From the NCBI GenBank assembly GCA_965223905.1, contig CBDCXV010000011.1, positions 1,376,001 through 1,440,000 of the forward strand: DNA of 64,000 nt, given 5' to 3'. How positions within the stretch are numbered: the first letter of the stretch is position 1; each line of letters starts with the position of its first letter. The stretch is from Candidatus Latescibacterota bacterium (lineage in GTDB: Bacteria > Latescibacterota > UBA2968 > UBA8231). The notes under the pieces are model-generated. The model saw nothing but the letters and a program-made list of their open reading frames with translations. It searched no databases and had not been told where the DNA came from. Below are positions 1-9,554 of this stretch, piece by piece. Position numbers and translations under genes: made by a program.

Positions 1-1818
1 GTCGTCCTCGTCCAGACCCAACCCACGCCGTACATGCACAGCGAATTCTTGCCCGGTGGGCGCACTTCGCGCCATGTACCGGAACCCCTCCCGCACCGTT
101 CCGCCGCCCTTCGGCTTCAGCACAATCTCCCCGCCCATCCCTTCCTGCACGTCCCAACGCTGTCCCCCAAGCGCTAAGTCACGATCCTCCGCGGGCCGTT
201 GCGCGACATGGGCGACGATCTCGCCCGTGCTGCCGTCGACCACGGGTATGCCGCCGCCGGGGGAATCGAAGTTTGCGTGCATGCCTTTGCCGCCTTCGTC
301 GAAGGCGTCACCCCATGACTCCCCAAGTGCAAGCCGCCCGTGATGTTCCACGAGGTACTCGGTGTTAACGAGACTCTCCACGATCGCTCCCGCGGTGACA
401 GCCGGTTCCTCCGGCCAAACATCGCCCGCTAGGTCGAGAAGGTCGGAACGACGCCGGCCACGCGGTCTACCCTGCGCGACGAAGCTAGCCGTCTGTTGCA
501 CGAACACCGACCACCTGCGTCCATACCCCTGGCCCTCCAAGACGCCATCGCGGGCCGAGAGCAGCATGCTGGCGAGCGCCGCTTTTTCGATTTCCCTTCG
601 CGGAAGGGCCAGAACTCGGGTGCGACCGATTCGCCGCCCCGCCCGCCCGATTCGCTGCAACAGCGAACGGGTGTCGGGTGGTGCGCCGATGAGAGCGACC
701 AAATCGACATCGCCGATGTCCACGCCGACTTCCAACGTGGTGGTAGCCACCAGAACTCCATCTCGCACCGAGGCAAAGCCGCGTTCCGCACGCTCTCGAC
801 GATCACGGGACAAGCTGCCGTGGTGGGCAAACACCTCGATTTCGCGCCGCCGAGGCAATGCACCGGAGAGGTGGGCGGAGAACGTGTCGCACAGGCGGCG
901 AGTCGGCGCGAACACGAGCGCCTTTCGCATGGACTCGCCGTGGCTGGACAGGGCCTGCCAAATCCTCCGCCCTGCACTTTTTCCGAATCCAGCGGCCGGT
1001 ACAAGGTCCAGCCGTTCCCGCAGCGTTTCGATCGTCATTGATGCTTCGAGCGGAAACCACCCTGGAGCATCCGCTGGCCCGAACACCTCGACTTCCCGCG
1101 TACCCTCAACTCGCACCACCTCCGCCTCGGGGCCGAGCAGTCGGCCTGCAAGTCCCTCCGGATCGCTGATGGTGGCGCTGCCGGCGCAGAGTTGGGGTGA
1201 AGGCGGTCCACCACCTGTCGCCAGTTCGACGTGCAGTTGTCGCAAGCGCCGAAGACGGCCCAAGAGCCAGCTGACTTGGTCGCCGCGGGCGGTTCCGTCG
1301 AACAAGTGCGCCTCGTCCACGAACACCGCCATGACTCCGGCGAGCAAGTGATCCACCACTCTACCGGCTTGCAATCGGGCGTCGCGCACCAGCATGGAGT
1401 CGAACGACTCGGGCGTGGTGACGAGCACAAACGGCGCCTTGCCCTTATCTCGGTGATCGCTGGTTTGACGTCCGCAGGCGACACCGAGCCTGTCGAGAGG
1501 CCCCTCGATTCGCGCCGTCAGGTCGTTGACGAGGGCGCGGGTGGGTGCGATGAGAAGTACACGGACACGGGGTGCGCCCCCTCGCGCTTGGTTTAGTGTT
1601 CGCGCGATCAGTGGCGCCAGAATCGCTTCGGTCTTGCCGGACGCGGTGGCCGACGCAACGAGGACGTTTCTTCCCGATCGAATCGGTGGAACCGCTCGCC
1701 GCTGGATCTCGCGGAGCTCGCGAAAGCTTCCGAAGAACGCGGTGCCGACCATTCCGAGAGACCTGACGATGTCGCTGTCACTGGTCATGATTCCCGCATT
1801 CCTCGCGTGCATCCTCAT
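1..1818 (-). CDS. Lhr/BrxHI-like SF2 DEAD/DEAH-box helicase (3' end beyond window edge)
   Basis: Not in the ORF track; translated by hand from ATG 1818 (TGATG overlap with the upstream stop; alternative ATG 1788). Motifs: Q-motif LREIQ, SATASGKTEA (I), IAPTRALVND (Ia), TTPES (Ib), VDEAH (II), SAT (III), HHGSLS, ATTTLEVGVDIGDVD (V), QRIGRAGR (VI). Open to position 1. Confidence 0.92.
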   Translation of the reverse strand, partial: MRMHARNAGIMTSDSDIVRSLGMVGTAFFGSFRELREIQRRAVPPIRSGRNVLVASATASGKTEAILAPLIARTLNQARGGAPRVRVLLIAPTRALVNDLTARIEGPLDRLGVACGRQTSDHRDKGKAPFVLVTTPESFDSMLVRDARLQAGRVVDHLLAGVMAVFVDEAHLFDGTARGDQVSWLLGRLRRLRQLHVELATGGGPPSPQLCAGSATISDPEGLAGRLLGPEAEVVRVEGTREVEVFGPADAPGWFPLEASMTIETLRERLDLVPAAGFGKSAGRRIWQALSSHGESMRKALVFAPTRRLCDTFSAHLSGALPRRREIEVFAHHGSLSRDRRERAERGFASVRDGVLVATTTLEVGVDIGDVDLVALIGAPPDTRSLLQRIGRAGRRIGRTRVLALPRREIEKAALASMLLSARDGVLEGQGYGRRWSVFVQQTASFVAQGRPRGRRRSDLLDLAGDVWPEEPAVTAGAIVESLVNTEYLVEHHGRLALGESWGDAFDEGGKGMHANFDSPGGGIPVVDGSTGEIVAHVAQRPAEDRDLALGGQRWDVQEGMGGEIVLKPKGGGTVREGFRYMARSAPTGQEFAVHVRRGLGLDEDD

Positions 1819-3155
1819 CATGCGCGTTCAGCAGGATTGCCTTCCAAGTCGGACACGACATCCAGCAGTTCAAGAGTCCCCCGTACGAATCCCCGAGGTG
1901 TTGGGTCCAAGGTCTCGTCGTGATGGTGTTCTGCGAAGCGCTCGATCCGTCGTCTTACCGCCTGCGACTCACCACTGGACGTTTGCGTCGGGTACGCGCG
2001 CGCATACAGTTCTTGCAGTCGAACCCCCAACTCTTTCGTCTGCTCCACGCTTGGCCGCGGTGCTTCTATGCGCCTCATCCCGGCGATGGAACCCACCAAG
2101 TCTTGAACGGCATCCTTCCCATCACCAACGTCGTCACTAGCGGGCGCACTCCCGAATGCGAGCAGAATCGGACAGTTTCCCCGCAGAAGATCATCAAACG
2201 CTGCCAGCAACGACCTTCGGAGCCCCTCGAATCGCGTCGCGTACTCGACATCGACTTCATCGAATATGACGGCAAGTCCCTTGGCCCCGGTCAATGCGCA
2301 GAACCCCGCCCACCCTTTCAACAGATCACAAAACCGCTCGGGACGTTCATCCAAGCGCCGAGCCTTCAAGGGCGGCAAGCTGATCCAGTAGTGAAGTTGC
2401 CTGAGCTTCTCCTTGGCCCGAGTTGGAGCCAACGTCAGCATGAAGTAGTCCTCGAGCACTTCCATGGCTTCGGGTTCGTCAAGAGCCTTCTGCGGAATCT
2501 TGAAAATGGCGTCCGCAATTCTCCAGCCCACGCTTTGCCTTACACCTCCGTAGGTACGCCGGCGGCACAGGTCTGCCAATCGGTTGCCGACTCCGCACGG
2601 CGTCACCTCGCCTGGATAACGCAGGGAACCAAGGATGGCTTCCATGAGGCCCATTGGTTCCGACAGCGTGACGCCTTCGTCGTCCAGGATGACTGTCGCC
2701 GTCGCAAGGCCTCTCTCGGCAGCCAATCTGGTCAGGAGCGTGAGGAGATGGGTCTTGCCGGCACCCCACGAACCCTCGATAAGGACGCTTTGGGGCTGAC
2801 GTCGGATGGCAGCGACAATTGCCTGCTCCATCTCGACTCGAATGTCATCGGTACCGATGCTCAACTCCTGAACATTCTCCTCTAGCACCTGCCCGAGCTT
2901 GAGGGCCAGAACTGCACGCCTTGCCGCCACGATATCCTCGGGCAAGGACGGCAGGGGCGTTCCGGCAAGAGGTGGCGGCGGTGCTTCCGGAGTCTCCTCC
3001 AACGATTCTCCAACGTCGTCAGGACGTTTCAGCTCCCGCAACGGTAACCAGGCCGCCACATAGCCGAAGTCGACGTTGACGCCCCGGTGCGAGTCGAGGG
3101 CAACTATGACGCCGTCGCCATACTGTGGGTGCCGGACGGCAATGCCCTGCCTCAA
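1818..3155 (-). CDS. BrxD/DUF2791-like P-loop ATPase with N-terminal Tudor/SH3-like domain
   Basis: 445 aa; Walker A GSWGAGKT, Walker B AVIFDEVD, ALKLGQV lead-in and C-terminal PRGFVRG of BrxD type; N-terminus VRHPQYGDGVIV. Confidence 0.75.
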   Translation of the reverse strand: MRQGIAVRHPQYGDGVIVALDSHRGVNVDFGYVAAWLPLRELKRPDDVGESLEETPEAPPPPLAGTPLPSLPEDIVAARRAVLALKLGQVLEENVQELSIGTDDIRVEMEQAIVAAIRRQPQSVLIEGSWGAGKTHLLTLLTRLAAERGLATATVILDDEGVTLSEPMGLMEAILGSLRYPGEVTPCGVGNRLADLCRRRTYGGVRQSVGWRIADAIFKIPQKALDEPEAMEVLEDYFMLTLAPTRAKEKLRQLHYWISLPPLKARRLDERPERFCDLLKGWAGFCALTGAKGLAVIFDEVDVEYATRFEGLRRSLLAAFDDLLRGNCPILLAFGSAPASDDVGDGKDAVQDLVGSIAGMRRIEAPRPSVEQTKELGVRLQELYARAYPTQTSSGESQAVRRRIERFAEHHHDETLDPTPRGFVRGTLELLDVVSDLEGNPAERA

Positions 3156-4447
3156 GGTTCAAACTCCTCATGGGCGTTAAGGGACTCAAAGGAACCCGAG
3201 TACCGCGCTATGAGTTCGTCGTCCTCAATCTCCCTCTCGCCTTCGGACAACTGGATGTCGAGCAGGTTGACCCAAGTCTTCACGAACAGTCTGCGGGCAT
3301 CGACATCGAGATTCCTCTCGGTCGCGACTCGCGCCAAGCGCCGGGCGTTGATTCGCTGTAGTCCACGATCGAATGGTTGACCGATGGCAATCGCGCCCAC
3401 TTCAATCAGCTTCTCGCCGATATTCGCCAGGAGGGGCTCCTGACTCTGTACCTTGTCGAGCGGCACCTGCGACGCGAAGTCGCTGCCCTGATCGAATGAG
3501 GCGCCCCGTACTGCGAGTCGCTGCTCCAGTGCCGGATACTTGCGAAATTCCTCGAGCACGTCCGGCGTCGCGGAGAAGACACCGAACAGTGGAACACCGC
3601 CGGACACGCCGGTCGGCGCATCCAGAATGACGCGCATTGCACCGAGGATGCGAAGGGCTGCCGCTCCCCTTCGGACCTGAAACAACGTTTCCACCTCGTC
3701 CATGAGAAGAAGTAGCCCGTGCACGCCTGCCTCTGGCAGGAACTTCACGAGGGAGAGCAACAGATTTCGACCGAATTGCCTTCTGCTGGCGGCAGGCACT
3801 CTCGCCAGATGCAACTCCTGCATTTCGCTTCGTCCAAGCGTGTCGATGTCTCCCTGCAACCAGCGCAGGGCGGCGTCTCCGACCGGCGAGTTGACACCGA
3901 CACCGTCGGCAGTCGCTTGAAGTGCTGCCGCCATCACACGCCCGAAGGCATTCTCCGGATAATCTCGCTTCTGGATGTCAGAGACCCACAATCGGAAGGC
4001 CGCGTCGACATCCGGGACGCCGCGTTGCCGAATGTCGTCCCGTTTTGCCCGGGTCGTGGCGCCGAGAAGTACCCGCAGCCCCGGCTGGTCCTGGTCGGGC
4101 AACTGCAAGTGCTTGACGAGCTCCCTGTAAACGTCGAGCGGGTTGTCCAGACTGACCCCCTCACCGCACGGGACGTAGGCGACCGCGAAGTTCTCCTGGT
4201 CGCGGGCGCGAATGCCGAGAGTGAGAAGGAAGTGCGTCTTGCCTCCTCCGTATGGCGACAGAACCAGCTTGAAGTGCGCGTCGCTTCGGCATAGGCCCTG
4301 GAGGTACCGCTTGGCAAGGCGGTCGATCCACGGATCGATGCCAACCGAGTAGCTCGGCAAGACGTGCGAAGCTTGCGTCAGTTCCGTCGGAGCCTTGCCC
4401 TCTTCTCCCAGCTTGGCCCAAAGTTGATGGGCCTCGCTTTGGTTCAT
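3152..4447 (-). CDS. BrxD/DUF2791-like P-loop ATPase
   Basis: Real start MNQSEAHQ at 4447 (ATGA overlap); Walker A SPYGGGKTH, Walker B LLLMDEVE, RWLQG, YPALEQRL, RLFVK. Confidence 0.82.
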   Translation of the reverse strand: MNQSEAHQLWAKLGEEGKAPTELTQASHVLPSYSVGIDPWIDRLAKRYLQGLCRSDAHFKLVLSPYGGGKTHFLLTLGIRARDQENFAVAYVPCGEGVSLDNPLDVYRELVKHLQLPDQDQPGLRVLLGATTRAKRDDIRQRGVPDVDAAFRLWVSDIQKRDYPENAFGRVMAAALQATADGVGVNSPVGDAALRWLQGDIDTLGRSEMQELHLARVPAASRRQFGRNLLLSLVKFLPEAGVHGLLLLMDEVETLFQVRRGAAALRILGAMRVILDAPTGVSGGVPLFGVFSATPDVLEEFRKYPALEQRLAVRGASFDQGSDFASQVPLDKVQSQEPLLANIGEKLIEVGAIAIGQPFDRGLQRINARRLARVATERNLDVDARRLFVKTWVNLLDIQLSEGEREIEDDELIARYSGSFESLNAHEEFEP

Positions 4448-5685
4448 ATCAGCCTCCCTTGGGTATCGGCAGACGCCACCTTTTGCGCGACCAGCCCGGC
4501 TGCATGCTTGACGAACTCGCGAACGCGCCCTTCGGTGATGTAGTTCGCGTACTGATTGGCGATCTCTTTCAATGAATGCGCGATGTGTCCCGCATCCGAG
4601 GGATGCAACCCCGCTGCCAATCCGATGTCGATAATGCGATCGCTCAAATCTGCAAAGAAGCGAGGGTCCTGTGGGCTGGGATCGGTCAATTCGTCGATGT
4701 TCACCCAGACCGCTCGGGGGTTGGAGGTCCCGTCCAACTCGGGTGGCCGGGCTCGTTCGATCCGCTGACAGAGCGCCCCGAGGTTCCTGCCTGCGATGTC
4801 GATGAACTCCTCCGTAACGGCGTAGTAAATCGCGCAACCGCGAAACGCGCCGGTCGCCATGTGGTCGACGAAGGTGCGGATATGTGCGAGATGCGCATGC
4901 TGGCGACGGCTGAGAATGGACCACGTACTCCGCAAGGCTGCCTCGGTCTCGTCAAAGAGCACCACCAGCCCGTTATAGCCCAACACCTGCGGGAGCGACA
5001 GCACCGAACGTAACCACACCGCCGCATTGCGTCTTACGAGCTTCCCGAGCGGTCGGGGCAGTTGCGGATGTTCCCGGTACAGTGTGCCCAACGTGACGCG
5101 GAACGTCGGCGTGCTCGCCAGAAGTGCCTCGAGCCGATCCGCCAAGTCCTCGTCACCGCCGCCGGCCACCGCCTCCGTGCAATAGGCGACGGCCAAGTTT
5201 CGGAAGTCCGGCGACAATGCGCGATCAGCTTTCAAACGTGCGATGACCTCCCGCTGCTTGATGGCGTCCAAGCCGGTAAACCGCGCTTCGATGGTCTTTG
5301 TAATCCCGGTGGCGGCGAAGAATCTGTGCGTTCCGGGCGGCGTCATGCCGGCCGCAATCGCACGGTAGGTCTCGACCAGAGACTCGAACGGCCTCTGGGA
5401 ATCCACGTATGCGGTGACGCAGCCGAACTCGCTTGCCCATTGGGCCATCGCCTTGAGGAAATGCGTCTTCCCGCGCCCGTACGGGCCGAAGATGAACTGG
5501 ATTTCCCCGCCTCCCGCGGCGATAACCGGAAGTGTCTCGCGCTTTATCCGATCCAGAGACTCGCTTAACCCGGCAGACACCCGTAGAACGGCCGCGCCGT
5601 CATCCGGCGGCGTACCCAGTTCAGCAAGATGCGCGAGCAACTCCAATGGATCGACATCCACGCCGCCTATGCCCTCTCGATCCAA
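4444..5685 (-). CDS. BrxD/DUF2791-like P-loop ATPase
   Basis: 413 aa (start may be GTG 5661); Walker A GPYGRGKTH, Walker B VVLFDETE, ALCQRI, VREFVK. Confidence 0.82.
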   Translation of the reverse strand: MDREGIGGVDVDPLELLAHLAELGTPPDDGAAVLRVSAGLSESLDRIKRETLPVIAAGGGEIQFIFGPYGRGKTHFLKAMAQWASEFGCVTAYVDSQRPFESLVETYRAIAAGMTPPGTHRFFAATGITKTIEARFTGLDAIKQREVIARLKADRALSPDFRNLAVAYCTEAVAGGGDEDLADRLEALLASTPTFRVTLGTLYREHPQLPRPLGKLVRRNAAVWLRSVLSLPQVLGYNGLVVLFDETEAALRSTWSILSRRQHAHLAHIRTFVDHMATGAFRGCAIYYAVTEEFIDIAGRNLGALCQRIERARPPELDGTSNPRAVWVNIDELTDPSPQDPRFFADLSDRIIDIGLAAGLHPSDAGHIAHSLKEIANQYANYITEGRVREFVKHAAGLVAQKVASADTQGRLI

Positions 5686-6533
5686 AGGGCGCCTAGCTGC
5701 GGGCCGCCGCTGCCGTCGCCGTCGAGCGACGGCAAGGTGACGGTTGCGCCCCTGGAGATGGACGCCATGTTCGGCCCCTGATTGCGCAGGCGTTCGCCTC
5801 GGTCAGTCTTCCACCCGTCCCGGCCGAACCGGGCGAGGTCGAAGACGAACTGCGCCATCGAATACTCGGTGAAGGACTTCGTCACCGGGCGTTTGATGAA
5901 GCGCTCGTCGCGGCTCTGCCGTGCGAGCACGAACAGTGGGTACAGAGTGCGAATGGGCACCTTGCCATCTCGGTCCTTTTCCTGCCGCCGCGCAAGGTGG
6001 ATGGCGTCCTTGATAGACTCGATGAAGTCCGGCCGTACGAAGGGAAACCCCTCTAGCTTCGACTTCTCCTGTTGGAGACGCGTGAACAAGCGCGCCCCAT
6101 CCGGCTCGTCGAAGGTCGTAAGCTCCTCACTACCCAGCCGCAACGTCACTTGCTCCAACTTGTAGCTCACTTGAAAGCCGCCGGCGAAGTCGTACTCCTT
6201 TAACCGCTTGACTGGCCAGCCGGCTTCCTTTGCGGATCGAGCCAGTTGTTCTCGACGATGCCTGAGCGCCTCGTCTCGGTTTTGAGCGAGCGCGGAGCGC
6301 TGGCCATTCAAAACTGGAATCACCTCATCAAGGTTGATCCCTTTGAGCGCCTCGATTGCTTTGTCCAGAGTAGATACTTCTCCCAGACCCCTAATCTTGG
6401 GTTTCACCAGTATGGCTACGGCCTTACTCGCCTTGTCGAGCGCCTTTTTCGTGTCCACCAGAATCTCGTGCAGACGTTCATTCGTCTCTTCGGGATCTGT
6501 TTCAAAGAGAAGCTGTTCTTGCTTGTTTGCCAT
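5667..6533 (-). CDS. Hypothetical protein heading the ATPase-helicase operon (coiled-coil N-terminus)
   Basis: 288 aa ORF with natural composition whose stop abuts or overlaps the first ATPase start. Confidence 0.75.
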   Translation of the reverse strand: MANKQEQLLFETDPEETNERLHEILVDTKKALDKASKAVAILVKPKIRGLGEVSTLDKAIEALKGINLDEVIPVLNGQRSALAQNRDEALRHRREQLARSAKEAGWPVKRLKEYDFAGGFQVSYKLEQVTLRLGSEELTTFDEPDGARLFTRLQQEKSKLEGFPFVRPDFIESIKDAIHLARRQEKDRDGKVPIRTLYPLFVLARQSRDERFIKRPVTKSFTEYSMAQFVFDLARFGRDGWKTDRGERLRNQGPNMASISRGATVTLPSLDGDGSGGPQLGALWIERA

Positions 6534-6913
6534 GCTTCGTCCGTTTCTCTGTTTCTGCAGTCCTCTCGTACGTTACGTCCGTCGAGCCATTTAAATCTTT
6601 GGGTTTTCGTTCCCGCACCAGAAATTGCTTCATCGCGATCCCGTAATCATCCTCCTTGGGCCGCATCTTCTCAATAAACTCCGCCTCCACCTGGACATGC
6701 TGCGCTCATTCCTCAGCGCACGGATATGCTAGCAGTGGGCGAGGCCCACGGTAGCGTAATGGCTACTTTCTTCGCCGAATCCTCCTGACCCCCTTAGACC
6801 GAGTTCAGGCAGGTGGGGTTGAGAGCCTGAGGGGCCTAGCCTGTTGCTAGACGCGCAAAAAGCGACGGCGCGAGTTCCGGGAAAGAAAATCTCTCCGCCC
6901 CGCGCAAATTCGC

Positions 6914-7219
6914 CTAACCAGCCCCCACCTCGAGGGTCGGTATGCCGGAGACATCCACCGTACGCTCCGCGACCGCCAGATCGTGGATGCGCTGCAGGTT
7001 CACCCAGAAGCCGGCGCCGTTGCCGAACAGCTTGCCGAAACGAACCGCCATCTCGGCGGAAACAGGCTGCTTCTCGTTCAGGATGTCGTACAGCGTCTGC
7101 CGGGATATCCCCAGCGCCTTTGCAACGGCTGTCCTGCTCATGGAGAGCGCAGGCAGTACCTCCTCGCGCAGGATCTCCCCCGGATGCACCGGATCAATGG
7201 AGGGGTGTCTTCTGATCAT
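6914..7219 (-). CDS. higA: HigA family antitoxin (HTH)
   Basis: PVHPGEILREE...ALGISRQTL...SAEMAVRFGKLFG...FWVNLQ signature. Confidence 0.93.
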   Translation of the reverse strand: MIRRHPSIDPVHPGEILREEVLPALSMSRTAVAKALGISRQTLYDILNEKQPVSAEMAVRFGKLFGNGAGFWVNLQRIHDLAVAERTVDVSGIPTLEVGAG

Positions 7220-7497
7220 CAGTGATAGTCCTCAATGTCAACGTCCGCAGCACCGTCATCGTCCCAACCGAATGTGACGCGCACATTGGCCGTCAGGCGA
7301 ACGGAGTAGCGGCCCTCACGGTCGCCCTTCAGGGGATGAAAATACGATCCAGGATAGTTTATCTGCCCGGGTCGCTCCGCCGCTTCGAGAGCCGCCATGA
7401 TCCGTCGCAGTTTCCGAGTCCACTCTGCGTTCAGACCCTTCGTTTGCCCCCTTGTCCAGTAATGCCGAAGAGCCTTGTGGCGAATGCTTCCGATCAT
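7219..7497 (-). CDS. higB: HigB (RelE/ParE superfamily) toxin
   Basis: MIGSIRHKAL...FHPLKGDREGRYSVRLTANVRVTF...DIEDYH; toxin-first order coupled to higA. Confidence 0.93.
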   Translation of the reverse strand: MIGSIRHKALRHYWTRGQTKGLNAEWTRKLRRIMAALEAAERPGQINYPGSYFHPLKGDREGRYSVRLTANVRVTFGWDDDGAADVDIEDYH

Positions 7498-7500
7498 AAC

Positions 7501-7544
7501 TCAATGATGTATTGAAGCGGTTAATTGTCAAGTGATGACTTACA
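7501..7544 (-). promoter_or_regulatory. Putative higBA promoter/operator
   Basis: TTGACA on the minus strand (7526-7531) within an imperfect palindrome TGTCAAGT..ACTTACA; second palindrome TCAAT..ATTGA just before the higB start. Confidence 0.45.
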
Positions 7545-7567
7545 GGCCGCTTGGATTCGGCTAAGCC

Positions 7568-8314
7568 TCACCCGCTCCGCCTATCCCGCCAGTACCCCTC
7601 CAGGCTGTCCCTCGGCTCCCACCCGAGAAGGCGCCGGGCCTTGCCGGCCCGCACCTGGTCCTGCGGCAGGTCCGCGGTGATGAAGAACGCCTCGCACTTC
7701 GACGGCAGGGCCTCGAGATCGGCCTCGAGGGCGCAGCGGACCGCGGCGGCCGCGTCCGGGAAGGTGACGGCGAACGGGTTCATCCGGGCTTGCGGCCCGC
7801 CGGCAGGGTGCGGCTCGCAGAACCGGGAGAAGATCAGCGTCAGGACGTGGATCGGGTGCTGTTCGGAGAACAGCCGGCAGATCTCCTGGCCCAGCGACTT
7901 GCTGAGCGCATACAGCCCGGTCCCGGGGTGCGGGGAAATCTCCTCGACGATGCCGAAGTCCCAGGAGAGGAAGCGCGGCCCGGCGAGGGTGAACCGGGGG
8001 CCGGTGTTGACGAAGCGGCGGTGCCCGGCCTCGACCGCGGCCCTGAGCGCGTTCCAGGTACCGCGCGTGTTGACGTCGAAGGCGGCGCGGCGGTCCCGCC
8101 GCGACACCGAGCAGTTGACGATGGCGTCGGTCCCCTCGGCCGCGGCCCGCACCTGCCGGTAGTCGCCGGCGTCGACCTGCATGGTCTCGTGCGGGCCGGA
8201 GACCGGCACTACGTCGGTGACGCGCAGGTCGCAGTCCCTTTCCAGCTCCCTGACGACGGGCGGCCCGAGGTAGCCGTTGCCGCCGAGAAGGAGAATTCGC
8301 GGCCTACCCGGCAA
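7568..8314 (-). CDS. NAD-dependent epimerase/dehydratase (uronate dehydrogenase-like SDR)
   Basis: GGNGYLG Rossmann motif and YALSK catalytic motif. Confidence 0.85.
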   Translation of the reverse strand: MPGRPRILLLGGNGYLGPPVVRELERDCDLRVTDVVPVSGPHETMQVDAGDYRQVRAAAEGTDAIVNCSVSRRDRRAAFDVNTRGTWNALRAAVEAGHRRFVNTGPRFTLAGPRFLSWDFGIVEEISPHPGTGLYALSKSLGQEICRLFSEQHPIHVLTLIFSRFCEPHPAGGPQARMNPFAVTFPDAAAAVRCALEADLEALPSKCEAFFITADLPQDQVRAGKARRLLGWEPRDSLEGYWRDRRSG

Positions 8315-9554
8315 AGGCGACTCCTCCCCTGTCCTCGAGCTCGGCGTAGCGCCGGGCGAACCCGGCGCTGCCGTTGTCGTCGATCACCTCGAGGCTGGAA
8401 CCGGCTTCGAAGATCGGCAGCCCGGCCTGCCGGTAGCGCCCGTGGAAGGCGCTGCGGTTGCCGGCGATCTCGACGATCTCGCCGCCGGCCCGGGTGTAGC
8501 GGTAGACGTGGCGGGGCTCCTTCACCGTCGTGTAGTCGACGGCGTATTTCTCGATCGCGGCCTCGTCGATCTCGACGCCGAGCCCGGGTCCGTCGGGAAC
8601 CGGGTAATAGCCGCCCCTCACCTGGAGCGGGGTTTCGAGCAGCTGGGACTCGTAGATGTTCATGCAGGTGATCGCCGGCCACCGCGCCTCGCTGCAAACG
8701 GAGCCCACGTGGGCGGCCCAAGCCGTGGTCAGGCCGGAGCCGACCAGCTGCAGCCAGAACGGCTTGTTGGCGGCCGCGGCCACCGCCTGCTGCTGCATGA
8801 TCTGCGCGGCCCCGCCGCCGATGATGAGGCCGTCGGCGATGTCGTCGCGGAGCATGACCATGACCGGGGGGCGGTCGACGTGCATGGCGACCGGCCGGTC
8901 GATCCGCGCCCGCAGGTGGCGGTTCCCGGCGATGTCCTCCTGCGGGATGGGGGTCTCGATCATCGCCACCTGCTCGTACTGCTCCAGCGACTTCAGCAGG
9001 GGCACGGCGTTGGCGGAGTTGACGAGGTGGCCGTTGAAGTCGAGGTCGAGCCGGAACTGCGGCGGGATCACCTGCTGTACCGCCTCGATGCAGGCGTGCA
9101 GATCCTGCCAGGGCCGTGTCTTCAGCTTGGCCGACATGTAGCCCCGGGCCACCGCGGTCTCGCACTCCCGCGCCCAGCCCTTCGGGTCCATGTCGCAGGT
9201 CCACCAGGAGATCGGGCACCAGTTGCGGACCCGGGGGCCGAGCAGGTCGCGGACCGGGACGTTCTCGTTCCTCGCCACCGCGTCGAACAGGGCGATCTGG
9301 ACGCCGCAGCCGAGGCCGTCGTTCCAGAGCAGCGAGGCGGCTTCCCTGCCGAGGATGCGGTCCTCGATGTCGTCGGGGACGCGGGCGTGGGTGGCGTTGA
9401 GGATGGTCTCCCCCCAGCCGGCGACGCCGTTGTCCAGGGTCAGGCGGCACAGCTGGACGATCCGCCACGGGGAGATCCAGTACTTCAGGTAGCGGCCGGC
9501 GTGGGCTTCGAAGGGCACGTCGAGGTGGATGAGCTCGACACGGGCCACCTTCAT
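8304..9554 (-). CDS. Mandelate racemase/muconate lactonizing enzyme family protein
   Basis: Start MKVARVEL after GGAGG; GWGE, IALFD, KLK, DFN and IETP motifs, PDGPGLGVEID. Confidence 0.88.
   Translation of the reverse strand: MKVARVELIHLDVPFEAHAGRYLKYWISPWRIVQLCRLTLDNGVAGWGETILNATHARVPDDIEDRILGREAASLLWNDGLGCGVQIALFDAVARNENVPVRDLLGPRVRNWCPISWWTCDMDPKGWARECETAVARGYMSAKLKTRPWQDLHACIEAVQQVIPPQFRLDLDFNGHLVNSANAVPLLKSLEQYEQVAMIETPIPQEDIAGNRHLRARIDRPVAMHVDRPPVMVMLRDDIADGLIIGGGAAQIMQQQAVAAAANKPFWLQLVGSGLTTAWAAHVGSVCSEARWPAITCMNIYESQLLETPLQVRGGYYPVPDGPGLGVEIDEAAIEKYAVDYTTVKEPRHVYRYTRAGGEIVEIAGNRSAFHGRYRQAGLPIFEAGSSLEVIDDNGSAGFARRYAELEDRGGVAFAG

Noticed and set aside
3152-4924. 590-aa version of the second ATPase
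   Set aside because: The first ~160 codons overlap the upstream ATPase; the ATGA-coupled start at 4447 fits better
6502-6690. 62-aa ORF upstream of the ATPase operon, faintly antitoxin-like
   Set aside because: Too short and without a reliable motif; may be a remnant
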